A stretch of DNA of 64,000 bases, taken from positions 1-64,000 of the forward strand of contig JALAGF010004012.1 of the NCBI GenBank assembly GCA_030167865.1. The letters run 5' to 3'. Shown piece by piece: positions 10,904 to 22,022 of the stretch (within the stretch, counting starts at the first letter, position 1; every line of letters starts with the position of its first letter). The DNA is from Craspedostauros australis. Lineage: Eukaryota. Under the pieces are notes generated by a model. That model was given only the letters and a program-made list of their open reading frames with translations, did no database searches and was not told the origin of the DNA. Position numbers and translations under genes: made by a program.

Positions 10904-12655
10904 TTAGGCTTCGCCAGAGTCCTGTCCATCTGCCATGGTCTCGTCCACGCCATCGTCGTCCGTGGCGAGCCCGGTGTGCTCGGAGAGGGCGGCGACGCAA
11001 GCCTTGAGGTACTCCATATCCTCTGGGAGGGTCTGCACGGCCTCGTACCGTGTCTGGCGGACGGTCAAGGTGTTGTACCAGGCCTCCTTACCGCCGTTAA
11101 ACTGGCAGTAGTATCCAACGTAGACGATGATGAAGAAGAGGCCGACAGTCACGCAGGCCCCGAGAGTGGTGAAGGACGTCTTGTCTTGAGTGAACAACCA
11201 GGAGAGGCCTAGGAAGAGCAATGGGACGGCGAAGAACATCACGGCGATATACACCAATGGGAATCCACGCCAGATGCGGGTTCCCTTTCCGAGCTGGCGG
11301 GCGGCCTCGAGCGGGATGTTGCGCATGAATGGGATGGGGTACCAGATGAGGATTCCGGAGATGTTGAAGATCAAGTGCGCAATGGCAACGCGGAGGGCGT
11401 CAGTTCCATCAGTGACCATGGCGGAGAGAATAGCGGTAACGGTGGTTCCGATATTGGCTCCGAGGGTCAATGGAAGCATCTGCTCAAGGCGTAGGACTCC
11501 CATTCCAACGAGTGGTGTCAGCGCGGAAGTGGTGATGGAGGAGGACTGGACGACAATGGTGATCCCGACTCCAAGGATGATGGCGAGGTATCCGTTGATG
11601 TTGGTGGCCTTGTGGATGACGCGGGTGGATGTTCCGAGGAGCATCTTCTGGAGGATGGTGACCATGGCGAAGAGGCAAACGAAGAGGATGAAAATGGCGA
11701 TGAAGAACAGGACAAATCCGGCGATTTGGTCATCCTTCTTGGTGGCCTCCGGCTGGAAGAAGGCTGGGCAGTCTCCTGTCTTCTTGTCGCATGAGATGAG
11801 GCCGACCTTGCTGCAGGACTTCGTGGTTGGGTTGCTGTTGTCGGTGCAGTTGATCGGGTAGAAGTCAGAGCACGATCCTCCCTTGGCGACGGCTTCGATG
11901 ATCTTCTTGTTGGCAATGATGATCTTCTTCCCGAGCGGGGCGACGAGCTTCTTGACTGGTCCTTCCCACTTGTCGCCCTTCTCGGTCTCCGCGTTGGCAA
12001 CCATGGCCTTGGTGATGGCGTTGAGATATCCAGTGATGACTTCCACAGGGAGAAGGATGCCGACGGAGAAGAAGTTGAACATATCGTGGACGGTGGCACC
12101 GGCGAAGGCGCGCTCGAGCTGGTCGCTGTCTCCCACGTGGCCGAGGGCGACGATGGTGTTGGTGACGGAGGTTCCGATGTTGGCGCCCATGATCATGTAG
12201 ATTCCCTGGCGGACGGAGACAGCATCAGCACCGACAAGGGCGACGACGATGGAGGTGGTGGTAGAGGAAGACTGGAGGAGGACGGTGACGAGGATACCAA
12301 CCATGAGTCCGGCGATTGGGTTGGTCTCATCTCCGAAGAGCTGTCCGGCTGTGCAGCCTCCCATGACCTTGGCTCCGGATCCAAGCAGCTCGAGTCCAAA
12401 GAGGAAGAAGTAGAGGAAGAAGACGGCGGTGCAGGTTCCGAAGAACGCGTGCGCCCACTCACCTGCAGAACGCACGCAGCATGTCTCAAACACCTCCTCG
12501 CAGGTGGCGTTTCCCATATCGAATGAGTCCTCGGTGCCAACGTCGGCTTCGAAGCCGACATCTCCCGCGCGCAGGGAGTTGGTTGGGCTGTCCCTACGGC
12601 GCTTGTCCTCCTCCTCCTTCGCGATCTCTGGGTCCTGGTGGTCCTGTCGAAGCAT
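10904..12655 (-). CDS. SLC34: Sodium-dependent phosphate cotransporter, SLC34/NptA (NaPi-II) family
   Basis: Duplicated signature LLQSSSTTTSIVV / VVQSSSITTSAL; two GANIGT motifs; AFAGATVHDMFN; Cys-containing extracellular loop; multiple TMs. Exact start uncertain. Confidence 0.95.
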   Translation of the reverse strand: MLRQDHQDPEIAKEEEDKRRRDSPTNSLRAGDVGFEADVGTEDSFDMGNATCEEVFETCCVRSAGEWAHAFFGTCTAVFFLYFFLFGLELLGSGAKVMGGCTAGQLFGDETNPIAGLMVGILVTVLLQSSSTTTSIVVALVGADAVSVRQGIYMIMGANIGTSVTNTIVALGHVGDSDQLERAFAGATVHDMFNFFSVGILLPVEVITGYLNAITKAMVANAETEKGDKWEGPVKKLVAPLGKKIIIANKKIIEAVAKGGSCSDFYPINCTDNSNPTTKSCSKVGLISCDKKTGDCPAFFQPEATKKDDQIAGFVLFFIAIFILFVCLFAMVTILQKMLLGTSTRVIHKATNINGYLAIILGVGITIVVQSSSITTSALTPLVGMGVLRLEQMLPLTLGANIGTTVTAILSAMVTDGTDALRVAIAHLIFNISGILIWYPIPFMRNIPLEAARQLGKGTRIWRGFPLVYIAVMFFAVPLLFLGLSWLFTQDKTSFTTLGACVTVGLFFIIVYVGYYCQFNGGKEAWYNTLTVRQTRYEAVQTLPEDMEYLKACVAALSEHTGLATDDDGVDETMADGQDSGEA

Positions 12656-13246
12656 TGGTGTGGTTGTTGTTGTCGTTGTCGGTGATGGTGATGGAGGCGG
12701 TGGTGGTGAAATGCATTGGTGAGAGAGGTATACACGCGAGAGATACGCGAGATAGAGCACAGACCTATTATATTACGAACGAAGGAACGAACTAACGCAA
12801 TCACGGAGCACGTCCGAGCGCGCGCAAATGTTGCAAACCCGCGTTCGGTTGGATTGCAATGGAATCTGACAGATCTGTTCCTCAATCACCATCGTCAGAA
12901 ACCACCATCGTCAGAAAACACGGTACGCTCTGTCTCATTGGGCGTCTTGGTCGCTCACCATCTTGATGGCAAGTGATTTGCTTGGGAGCTGTGCTCGACT
13001 TTGTGTGATGATCGCGGTCTGCTTTGTGTGAGTTCTGTTTTTGTGGACACATCGCACACTCGCATCGTGCAACACGGACGCGAATGGTGGAGGTGCACAA
13101 GCGCACAAGTCGAGAAAATTGTAAAAATCGCGAGGGGAGGCATCAGGCCCACAGAACAACAAGGACGAAAGGGAACATAAAAACACACCCGCGCATGCGA
13201 AGGCACAGCGCACAAGTGTCACAAGAGGAACAAACAAACGGAACAT

Positions 13247-13469
13247 TGAATCTACGTGAAAATATATGTATGCTGTATCTTCAATCGGTCGTGAAGAAAC
13301 AACGCTGTATTCATAGTTGCTGTTACGTAACTGCATGAGATGATAGCACCAAACATCCGTAATTATGAATTAGACGTAACCCCTGAATCTCTATTTTCAG
13401 GTTCTAGATCTTTCCCATCAACAAATCATGAGGGCAGTTTCACGATCGATTAGATTCATTTGAAGATTC
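13247..13469. promoter_or_regulatory. Cluster of PSR-type phosphate-starvation motifs (YGAATCTH) upstream of SLC34
   Basis: TGAATCTA 13247-13254, TGAATCTC 13384-13391, TGAATCTA on the minus strand 13451-13458, GAATCT core on the minus strand 13464-13469; a further core at 12862-12867. Confidence 0.55.
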
Positions 13470-14129
13470 TTAACCGATTCCAAGTCAGTCCCGGACCGAA
13501 GCAACAATTAAGATGTCCCGACAGTTCAGACGCTCGTTCAGGCATCAACATGATGTGGAGTACTGGAGGTGGATGGCGACATGGAATCAATCCAACTCTT
13601 CTTGCGTGTCGGCTCACACCAACCACGCGTGCTCGTGATCCTTATGTGAATGTTGACAAGATAATTTCAAAGCACGAACGGACAGAAAAGCCGGACGTAT
13701 CATGTGGACATCAATTTCGTTCATCACGAGAGCAGACCACGAGGGACTGACACTTCGTCAGCAACCAGGGTTCATCACAAGCGCCCTTGCGGAAAGTGGG
13801 GAGGTGTTGTTCGTGTCCGACGCAGCTGCCCAACAACGGTGAGTACCCACGACGAACACCACCCGCTTCCTCCTCCATGTCTCTCCAGAGTTCTCGTATT
13901 GGTACTACGTTCCACAGACTTCCCTCTGCGAAGAGAGAGTGAAGCAGAATCATTGTTCGCACGCAAGAATACCGTTGTGTCAACAAGTTCTCCTGACGAC
14001 GAGATGCGCCTTGCGGAATCAGAGATGCACCTCTATTGAACAGAGGTTTCGTCTGTTTGCGTGCAAATTGGTCGTGATTTCGACTAAACGACGGTTTGGG
14101 ATGTACGGTAATATATGTATTAAACAATA

Positions 14130-15550
14130 AACTGATAGATCGGCATGTCACAAATGCGGGCACATCGGCAGGCTTGACACACCACACAGTCATGACTTGT
14201 CTCACGCAATACCACCTGCGCTGTGCAGGGTTGGATTGGCCGCGCTGTGCTTCTGTTCTGGTCGGAAGTGGGAATGACGCGTTTGGCAACAAAGGTTGGG
14301 GCATGAACGAGCGAGGGCGTCTTTCGACAGCTGAGTTGCACACCAAGATCAGGTCAAACCATCCGTCGCAGTTTGAGTGTGCCATTCTTCTCAAGGTGAT
14401 GTTCCACGAAATGGCATTTCCTTTCATCATGACAGCAGAGGTAGAGCATAATACTCTCCAACATTGCCTTTCCCGCAGTATCAACAAGAGCACTGCATTC
14501 GCAGCGAATCGAAGACACCTGTCGTGTTGAAGTTGATGCGCTTTCTCCACATGACGAAGGTGTCAAGTTCTCCGATGATACTTCGGGATGAATGGGTTGG
14601 AACTTCGTTCGGGCTGATCTTGCGTGATGTTTCGGTACAGCAAAGCTTGTACCTTATCATGCATACTGTTACTGCTGGACTCTGTCCATGCGTGAGTGTG
14701 ATGTCCCATCAGTGGCAAGAAGGCACGTGTGTGGTCAAGAAAGATGGAATGGATCTGGCCACGAGCCAAGGCAAGCACCCCGAGAAGGATGCGCATGTCG
14801 ATGATCTGGAACGGGCTGCCCCCTGCGAAAGAGGGTGGCTTGTGTCTTGGTGAGGTTTCCGCTTCCGGTCTTTGTCGAGACGCCACCTAACGACTGCAGT
14901 TCGGATTGCGTCGCAAGGGGCCTTCGAGCATAGTGACAGCTTCAACATAAGGCAGATGTGATCGCAATTCTTGCACGGCGCAGATAGTTTCTGGAACACA
15001 ACAGGTACACAGGTTGGTCACCGGCTCTCAATCTGCTCAGCGAGCGAGAGGGAGAGAGAGAGGGAGAGCGCCTGTGTCTGAATGGAACACTCGGCTGGGT
15101 TGGAACGCGCTGGTACTCCATGCTGCGTCCCAAATCGACAACGCTGCGTCTGTTCTTGCGAGGTTGTTGCAACAGATCATGCCATTGATGTTCCATCAAC
15201 GTCGCCGCTGGATGCATTCAGAAAGATCCTGTCCGGAAGCAGCATCGTGTAGTGGCTAGTCTAGTAAGGCCCTCTCTCCAGACCGAGAAATCTTTGTCGG
15301 GTTGATGTCATGGTGACGCTGCTGTTCCTGTGGCCGCCTTTCCCAGAAGATCTGGCATCCTGTGCATCCTTTTCTTGGGGAGACGGTTCCAAGGCCACAC
15401 AATACGCACGACCACAGGCAGAGAGATTCTTCCGGCATTTGGATGGGGTGACTTTCTCACGTTGACATGGCACAACAACACCCAGGGAATTGTGCTGGTG
15501 TCACGAAGGTCACACTCGTTCCCAACAACCATGAATTGGGGCAAGCAACA
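14130..15550 (-). mobile_element. Degenerate piggyBac-like DNA transposase relic (frameshifted, with stops)
   Basis: Collinear fragments in several minus frames resemble piggyBac motifs: VVGNECDLRDTSTIP..KSPH; CDAIRTAVVRW; PWLVARSIPSFLTTH; SIIGELDTF/HVEKAHQL (cf. YN..MGGVD..DQ); RQCWRVL..GNAISW; C-terminal HAPTF..RETSHDCVVC..C..C. Confidence 0.4.
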
Positions 15551-16119
15551 TCACATACATCAGTGATCATGAATCGGGCACAGAGGGGTTGATTGCGTGT
15601 CAAGCGACAAGCGCGCAGAGCACCGATTATTCTCCATGATATTCTACCATACGGTAATTACCATGCACTCTCACTTTGCTGTTGCTGTGCACGTGGCTCG
15701 TGAAGAAGCGCAAGCCGCCGAGCAAAGCCACGGAGTCCTCTCTGGAAGTAGCGTCAGATGACACGTCCAGGACGGTACCAGCTTCCAATCCCTCCGCAAA
15801 CGGCCCATGGTGTACCCTGTCTCAGACTCCAACTCCTCTGTGCTCGTACTACAGCATATAATATTTTGCACTAGAGTACTTGTCTACGCTGATCGAAGCA
15901 GATATGCCATCTGTCCACTCCAAAATATTATTCTCCATTGCAGATCATATCATAAAATACACACCATCAGCGATGATGATGCTGACAACAACAGCAACCA
16001 TGGAGCGCACCGCATCAACGCCACCAACATTATCAGCGACCCTCCCGGCGACGGCGCCAGTAGCAGTGTTCAGGCCGTCACCGCCGCCGCCATACAAAAC
16101 GCTCAGAGCCACGCAATCA

Positions 16120-17373
16120 ATGGGGTGCAGTGCAAGCAAATCCACGGCGTACGGCAAATCAGGAACACGATCCGAAGCGCAGCGCAACACCACAGCGGAG
16201 GACCGATCGATGTCCACTCGTAAGTCCATCCCAACTGTGAACTGGACAGATATCAGTCTCCATGAAACACTGGGTTGTGGCAACTTCTGCGAGGCACGCA
16301 TGGCCTACATTCGTCGATACAGCGATGGTTCAAAGCCAAAGCAACAGATAATGGCCGTGAAGTTGCTCAACGCAAAGACGCTGCACCAAGAAGATCCAGA
16401 TCATGTCAAGATGGCGGCTGCTGACTTGGTGTTGGAAGGCGCGGTCCTTGCCAAGCTGGATCATCCGAACATCATCAAGCTGCATGGTGTGTCCGCCACG
16501 CCGATCCATGATGCGTCCAGCAGATCGAATGGGTACTTCCTTGTCCTCGATCTACTGGAATGCACCTTGTCAGATCGGCTGAAGGCTTGGAGATCGTCCA
16601 AGGTGTCGGTTCATCGACGCACGTTGCTCCCAAGTCCTTTCACCGCATCCGCAACGAGACGGAAGATCCTGGAACGCGTCGAGCAGGTGGGACTTGGTAT
16701 CGCCATGGGGATGGACTACTTGCATGAGCAGAACATCATCATCCGTGATCTCAAGCCGTGCAACGTCGGCTTCGATCACAGCGGCGTTGCCAAGCTGTTC
16801 GACTTTGGTCTCGCGCGAGAAGTGCACAGATGCGCCAACGAGATCGCCGGTTCGCTGCGCTACATGGCACCGGAGATGTCCGTGGGGACGAGGATCTCGT
16901 TGAAGAGCGATGTGTACTCCTTCGGCGTGCTGCTGTACGAATTGTGCACGCTGAAGAAGCCATATGCGCAGTACGAAGACATGGCGACATTCCGCGAGAA
17001 GGTGTTCCATCAGAAACGGCGTCCGTCGCTGCGGTACATCCCATCCGGCACGCTGCGACGCCTCATCACATCCTGTTGGGACGAATGCCCCGACGTGCGT
17101 CCCAGCTTTCGTCAGATCGTGCGCATTCTGGTGACCCTCCTGCAGCAGGATGATCCATCCTACCAGGCTCCGAAGCACGCCTCGTTCCAAGGCCAACCCG
17201 CTGGTGTGGCCGGCAGGGCATCACGAGGTCGGAAGCAAACGGAATCGCCACGCAGAGCCCGTTCCGGGCACACCCGATCGACATCGCTGTGCCGCATGCT
17301 CCCCGGGATCCATCAGCAGGCGCAGGATGACCTGCGCACGGCGGCGAACAATGAGCTGTCCATGTCATTTTGA
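16120..17373 (+). CDS. Ser/Thr (TKL-like) protein kinase with predicted N-acylation motif
   Basis: LGCGNFCEA, AVK, IRDLKPCN, KLFDFGLA, GSLRYMAPE, SDVYSFG, CW...RPSF. The ORF is open from 15880; the MGCSASKS start is preferred. Confidence 0.9.
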   Translation: MGCSASKSTAYGKSGTRSEAQRNTTAEDRSMSTRKSIPTVNWTDISLHETLGCGNFCEARMAYIRRYSDGSKPKQQIMAVKLLNAKTLHQEDPDHVKMAAADLVLEGAVLAKLDHPNIIKLHGVSATPIHDASSRSNGYFLVLDLLECTLSDRLKAWRSSKVSVHRRTLLPSPFTASATRRKILERVEQVGLGIAMGMDYLHEQNIIIRDLKPCNVGFDHSGVAKLFDFGLAREVHRCANEIAGSLRYMAPEMSVGTRISLKSDVYSFGVLLYELCTLKKPYAQYEDMATFREKVFHQKRRPSLRYIPSGTLRRLITSCWDECPDVRPSFRQIVRILVTLLQQDDPSYQAPKHASFQGQPAGVAGRASRGRKQTESPRRARSGHTRSTSLCRMLPGIHQQAQDDLRTAANNELSMSF

Positions 17374-18132
17374 AGATTTTTCCACGATTTTAGTTAGACG
17401 ATACAATAGAAATGCATTCCAAGAAAGTGTATCCTTGTCTCGACGTCTGCGTCTGTCTCTGTTTCAGGCACAGTTTTGTCCTCTCACCGTGCATGTACAT
17501 ATAATAGAAGCTGTCCATGGAACTCGTTTGCAGGAAGTACTGCTTCTATGCCTGCCTTGCGCTTGTCTTTCTTGTTGGTAGTAGTCGCCATGTTCACCCC
17601 TGTGGCCTGGGCGATGTGCCACCCTCACGATGAGATTATTCGCAGCGGTACTTACATCCGTCCGAACACTCTCTTGTCTGAGGATCGTGGACACAAATTG
17701 TGACTGGAGAACTGGCGAACTTGCGGGCTGAATTTTGTATCGGCGTTTAACGAGCAATATCCAATCGGAGTGGTCACAAAATTCAAATCATTGGCATTGT
17801 GACACGAGAAACAAGATTTGATTTTTGGGCGTAGTTTTTGTTCTTCGCCCGACATTCTTGGCAGAACAACAAGACCAACATGTTGGTCGTGCACAAGAGC
17901 GGGAGATGGGAAAGAGATGGCGATGTCCCTCCACGAGCTTGAAGCTGCGACGGTGAAGAAAGAATCCATCCCAGACTTCGTTCCACACCCCCAGAATCCA
18001 TTCGATCTCTCTGGCAACGCAACGATACGCACAGGTTCATAGGTAGGTTGAAGGGAAGAGGCAGCTGCTGCGAGCAGCAAAGAGGCAAGCAGCGCAAGGG
18101 AGGAAGCAAACAAAGCAAGAAGAACGGCCACC

Positions 18133-18669
18133 ATGAGAACCGACAAAGCCGTGATGGTGCGCAACAAGAATGGCGAACTGGTGTGCTGCAACGGCGCGCC
18201 CGTTCTGATGAAGCAAGTGGACGACGCCTTCTTGGCGTCTCTGCCGGATTCCGAACTGGAGGCTTGTCAGATGTGCCTGTTTCGCGAGTGGAGACAAGGC
18301 GATGTCATCTACATGAATCATCCTAGCCACGAAGAAGAAGAAGAGGAAGGCAAGAAGCACACGCCGTCACGCAGCGCGTCGTCGTACCGATGGACGTGCG
18401 CCTCGTGCGCGAAGGAGCAGGGCGTATCGATGCCCGCGCGATCGCATCGCAACATGACGCAGCTGCCGATACGCGCATCGCTGTTGGAGAATCCGCCGCG
18501 GCCAATGAAGCGCGTCGTGACGCCGACCAAGAAGGGGGCGGTGCCCATTCCACCGACCTACGTTGCCACGAAAGAGACGACGACCGCGGTGGCCAAGAAT
18601 GGGGAATCATGCGTGGTTGGGTCCACCAACGTCCTCATGGATGTCGTTTCTTGCATGTGCCTATTTTGA
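18133..18669 (+). CDS. Small Cys-rich hypothetical protein (possible zinc finger; Cys-containing C-terminus)
   Basis: 178-aa ORF with GC3-rich codons; CCNG, CQMC, WTCASC; ends VVSCMCLF. Confidence 0.55.
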   Translation: MRTDKAVMVRNKNGELVCCNGAPVLMKQVDDAFLASLPDSELEACQMCLFREWRQGDVIYMNHPSHEEEEEEGKKHTPSRSASSYRWTCASCAKEQGVSMPARSHRNMTQLPIRASLLENPPRPMKRVVTPTKKGAVPIPPTYVATKETTTAVAKNGESCVVGSTNVLMDVVSCMCLF

Positions 18670-18909
18670 TTCGGTCTGATAATCCAAGGAGGTCAAAGAA
18701 AAAGGCAATGGCAGTACTAGCTATGATAGTACTGCTGCTGCTGTTGGTGGTGATGGTAGTGCTGCCATGTGCCTAGCTCCTATTCGTAGCCACACTGATA
18801 TCTGTATTGATATTCACACTGATATTCATATTATTATAACATCGACTATTTGTACCACTGTTGCTGCAACTACCATTTTCACGCAAATGCTCGTGTGCTT
18901 TCCCATTGC

Positions 18910-21173
18910 TCAGCTGTCGTTGTCGTCGCTGTGATAGATCTCATCGTGGAACTCATCGTTGAAGTTGGTCTCCGTGGGCTGGCTGGCGACGGTTGCCCTT
19001 TGTCCCCGCAGGCTGTTGCGCTGCCGCCGTTGTGAACGATGCTGCCGCTGATGGTCTTCCTCCTGCTCCGCGGTCGCAAAGGTGGCAGCATCGTTGCTCT
19101 CCATATCCGCGATACGCTCATGAATGCTGCGGCGCACGCTTCGGCTGGAGCTGGTCACGCTGCCTGCCGTCATGTTGACTCCGCCTGCCGACTTCCACTG
19201 GTAGTCGGGCTGCTCGTGCGTGCTGTGTGACATGGCGGCGTTGTTGTTGGCGTCGCTCATGGCATTCTCTTCGAGGGTACGGATCTTGAAGGAGGTGCGT
19301 TTACGGCGTTCCGCAGCGCGTTGCAAGCGTGCGCTGGAGCTTGGGTTGCGCAGCGACTTCTCTGCCATGGGGAGGGAGGTGGTGTCGGCGGTGTTGCTGT
19401 GGTTGCTTGCGCCAAATAGGCGCGTGGAGGTGTTTCTACCGGTCGGCGGACTGTTGCCCCGCTTGTTGGTGTTGTTCTTGTTCGTTTTGTTGCCCAGAAG
19501 GTTGCTGCCGAAGAACTTCTTCTGAAAGAGCTCAAAGTCCTTGCTGTCCATGGAGTCCAGGCTGGAGATGCTGACGACGTCGGAGCTGAAGCTGGATCGC
19601 AGAGCTTGCTTGGTCCGGTCTCGCTTGTTGCGGTTGCGTCGCTGGCGGAAGGAGTGGGAGGCGGGGAGCATGGATTCGATGCACTTCTCCAGCTGTTCCT
19701 TCACATCCTCGTTCATCACCATCAGAAGAGCCGCGCCGCAGAGACCGTAGACCAACGACGTGATGATGGAGAGGTAGCCGAAGAACTCAAGGTGGCAGTC
19801 GCGGTCGTCGTTGTCGTAGCTGCGGTTGCGTTTGCGCATGCAGTGTGGCATGGTGTAGGTAGATGGACAACGTGGACAACAAGGATGGCCAGACAAGTGA
19901 GGTGTTAGCGCGAGCATTATCATACTGCAGGAATGGCACCACGCTGTGTGCTCGACAGCACGCAAATGTGCGGATCATCGCAATGTACATCAAGCAGTCC
20001 GCACACGAACACAACTCACCATAACCCTTTCTGCATGTACTCGAAGAAGGTTCCCATCTGGAAGATGCATGCCATGATGCAAAGGATGGAAGCGAGCCTG
20101 AAGTTGTCGGGACACTTGGTGGCGACGGTTCGAATCCAGCAGCTGAACCAGAGAAGTAAGAAGGCGCAGCCAGCACAGACCGGCGCCGAAACCGCGCACC
20201 ATTGCGACAGGATGAAGAAGATGTTCCAGCTACCATCGTGCGTGGTGCCACTGAGGGTGGGGGATTGGAACATGGCGAGGTAGGGCTCGCAGTACTCGTC
20301 GTCCTCGGGCGCGTAGCCGAAGATGCCGACGTAGACCGTGAGCTGGCCTGGCACGTTGTCCAAGGGGTGCGGGAGCAGGTTGTTGCTGGTGCTGTCATCT
20401 CCATGGATGGAGAGGAACTCGCAGCTATCCGCCACGAGATACGAGGCCGCGATGGCGCAGCCGAGCAGCACGATGGCCGAGGTTCTGCGAGAGATAGGAT
20501 TTGGATGCGATGAGAGTTGTTGTAGGTGGAGTGGATGCAACAGAGTGAGCATGGCGCACGGCGATTGTGATTGTGTTGACAGAGATGCGATGATAGACGC
20601 ATCGATGGATAGAGAGACAGAGTTCACGCAGCCAAGGAAGCACAACATTGTCACACAATGATCGCCGGATATCAACCACAACGTGCAGACACGTGCAGCT
20701 CATCGAGAGAGAGAGAGCGATAACACTCACCGAACGATGTGATCCCAGAGCGTGGTGCGCGGCGCAAAGACGGAATCGTCGGAATCCACGAAAAGACCAT
20801 CTCTGCGACGCTCATGATCATGATCGTACTCATACTCGTACTGAGGATAGGGATCGACAGCAGGAGCAGCAGCATCGTTGATGCCACCACGCTCGAGGTA
20901 CTGATTGAGCGAGACCTTCTGCTTGCGCCGACCGCCGGGAACGGAGATCGGCGCCACAGGAGAGAACAGGTGATCTTGGAAGGTGGAGTGGAAGGATTCG
21001 TTATCCGCAGCTGTCGTGTGGAAGTCGTCATCGTCGTAGGAAGATGACGAGGAAGAGTCGTTCCCGTTGTACTTGTAATCGTCTTCATTGTTGAGATTGC
21101 TTCCGTCGTTGTCGCTATCGCTGCCGTTCTCTTCGTCTGGCAGCTGCCCCCGTAGTGGCGGCAAAGGCATCAT
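18910..21173 (-). CDS. Claudin/LHFPL-like 4-TM protein, paralog 3 (exons 21173-20731, 20484-20020, 19819-18910; ~605 aa)
   Basis: GTGAG...CAG introns at 20730-20485 and 20019-19820 restore frame (IVR-TSAIVLLG; KGL-C-YDNDDRDCHLEFFG). Motifs SCEFLSI, GIFGY..YCEPY, QWCAVSAP. Confidence 0.8.
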
Positions 21174-22022
21174 GGTCAGGTAGGGTGTCGTTGCTCTGAT
21201 GCGGCTTCAGGTGGACTAGACCAATGTGCTTGGCCAGTATTTATTATAGTATATTATAACAGTATATAAATAGAATATGTGGTAGAATAGGAAGAGATGG
21301 CAGGTATAAAGCCAGTGTTGGATTACCTGTTGTCTCTCTCTCTCTCTCTTCGCTCTGGGGAGTATGCACCAGCAGCTCGTATTGTAAGAGTATGGATCAC
21401 TTCCTCCCATGATAAAATCTGCCTCCGTCTCTGCACCTTTCGTGCTGTTCTCTTGGTGGGTGTTGTGCACGTCTTCGTGGCTTCTTTGGCTGCTTCCACT
21501 GTACCGTCCACAACGACTGCGCCCGCTGCGCGCCAAAAGAGAGTCGAACGGCGGTGAAAGTCACCACGAAGAGAGTTTCTGGATCGTTTTGTGTCGCTTA
21601 CGACATTCATCAGACAAATTGAGTGCACCCCACAAACGGGAATCGAGATATTCATGAATCAAAACAACCTCCTGGTCCATCGAATCAAATGACACGAACG
21701 TTGAGATGACGGTTGGAAGTTGGGCATTTCAAATTCGATGTCACAGAACAGCGACGCAGACATCGACGATCATCCCCACAACCGATGCAACATGGCTGCA
21801 GATATTTCCGACGGTGCACCCTCCATGTGGATGTCAGGAATGCGGATGCAGTTGATCATGACTTGGGCATAAAGGTCCATGGTCAGCACATGCAACGAAA
21901 TCGATTTGCGTTGAGCGTCCGCATTTTGGAAAGAAGTAATGAAGGAATGGAATGGCATGGTGCGCGCTTGTCTGTCGCACCATGAGATCGATCGAGACCT
22001 CACCTCACGCGCTGGATGATGC

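Noticed and set aside
13711-14550. 279-aa ORF as a functional gene
   Set aside because: No coherent domain; better explained as part of a decayed transposase
18655-18669. CaaX prenylation signal
   Set aside because: Last four residues are MCLF, so Cys is not at -4
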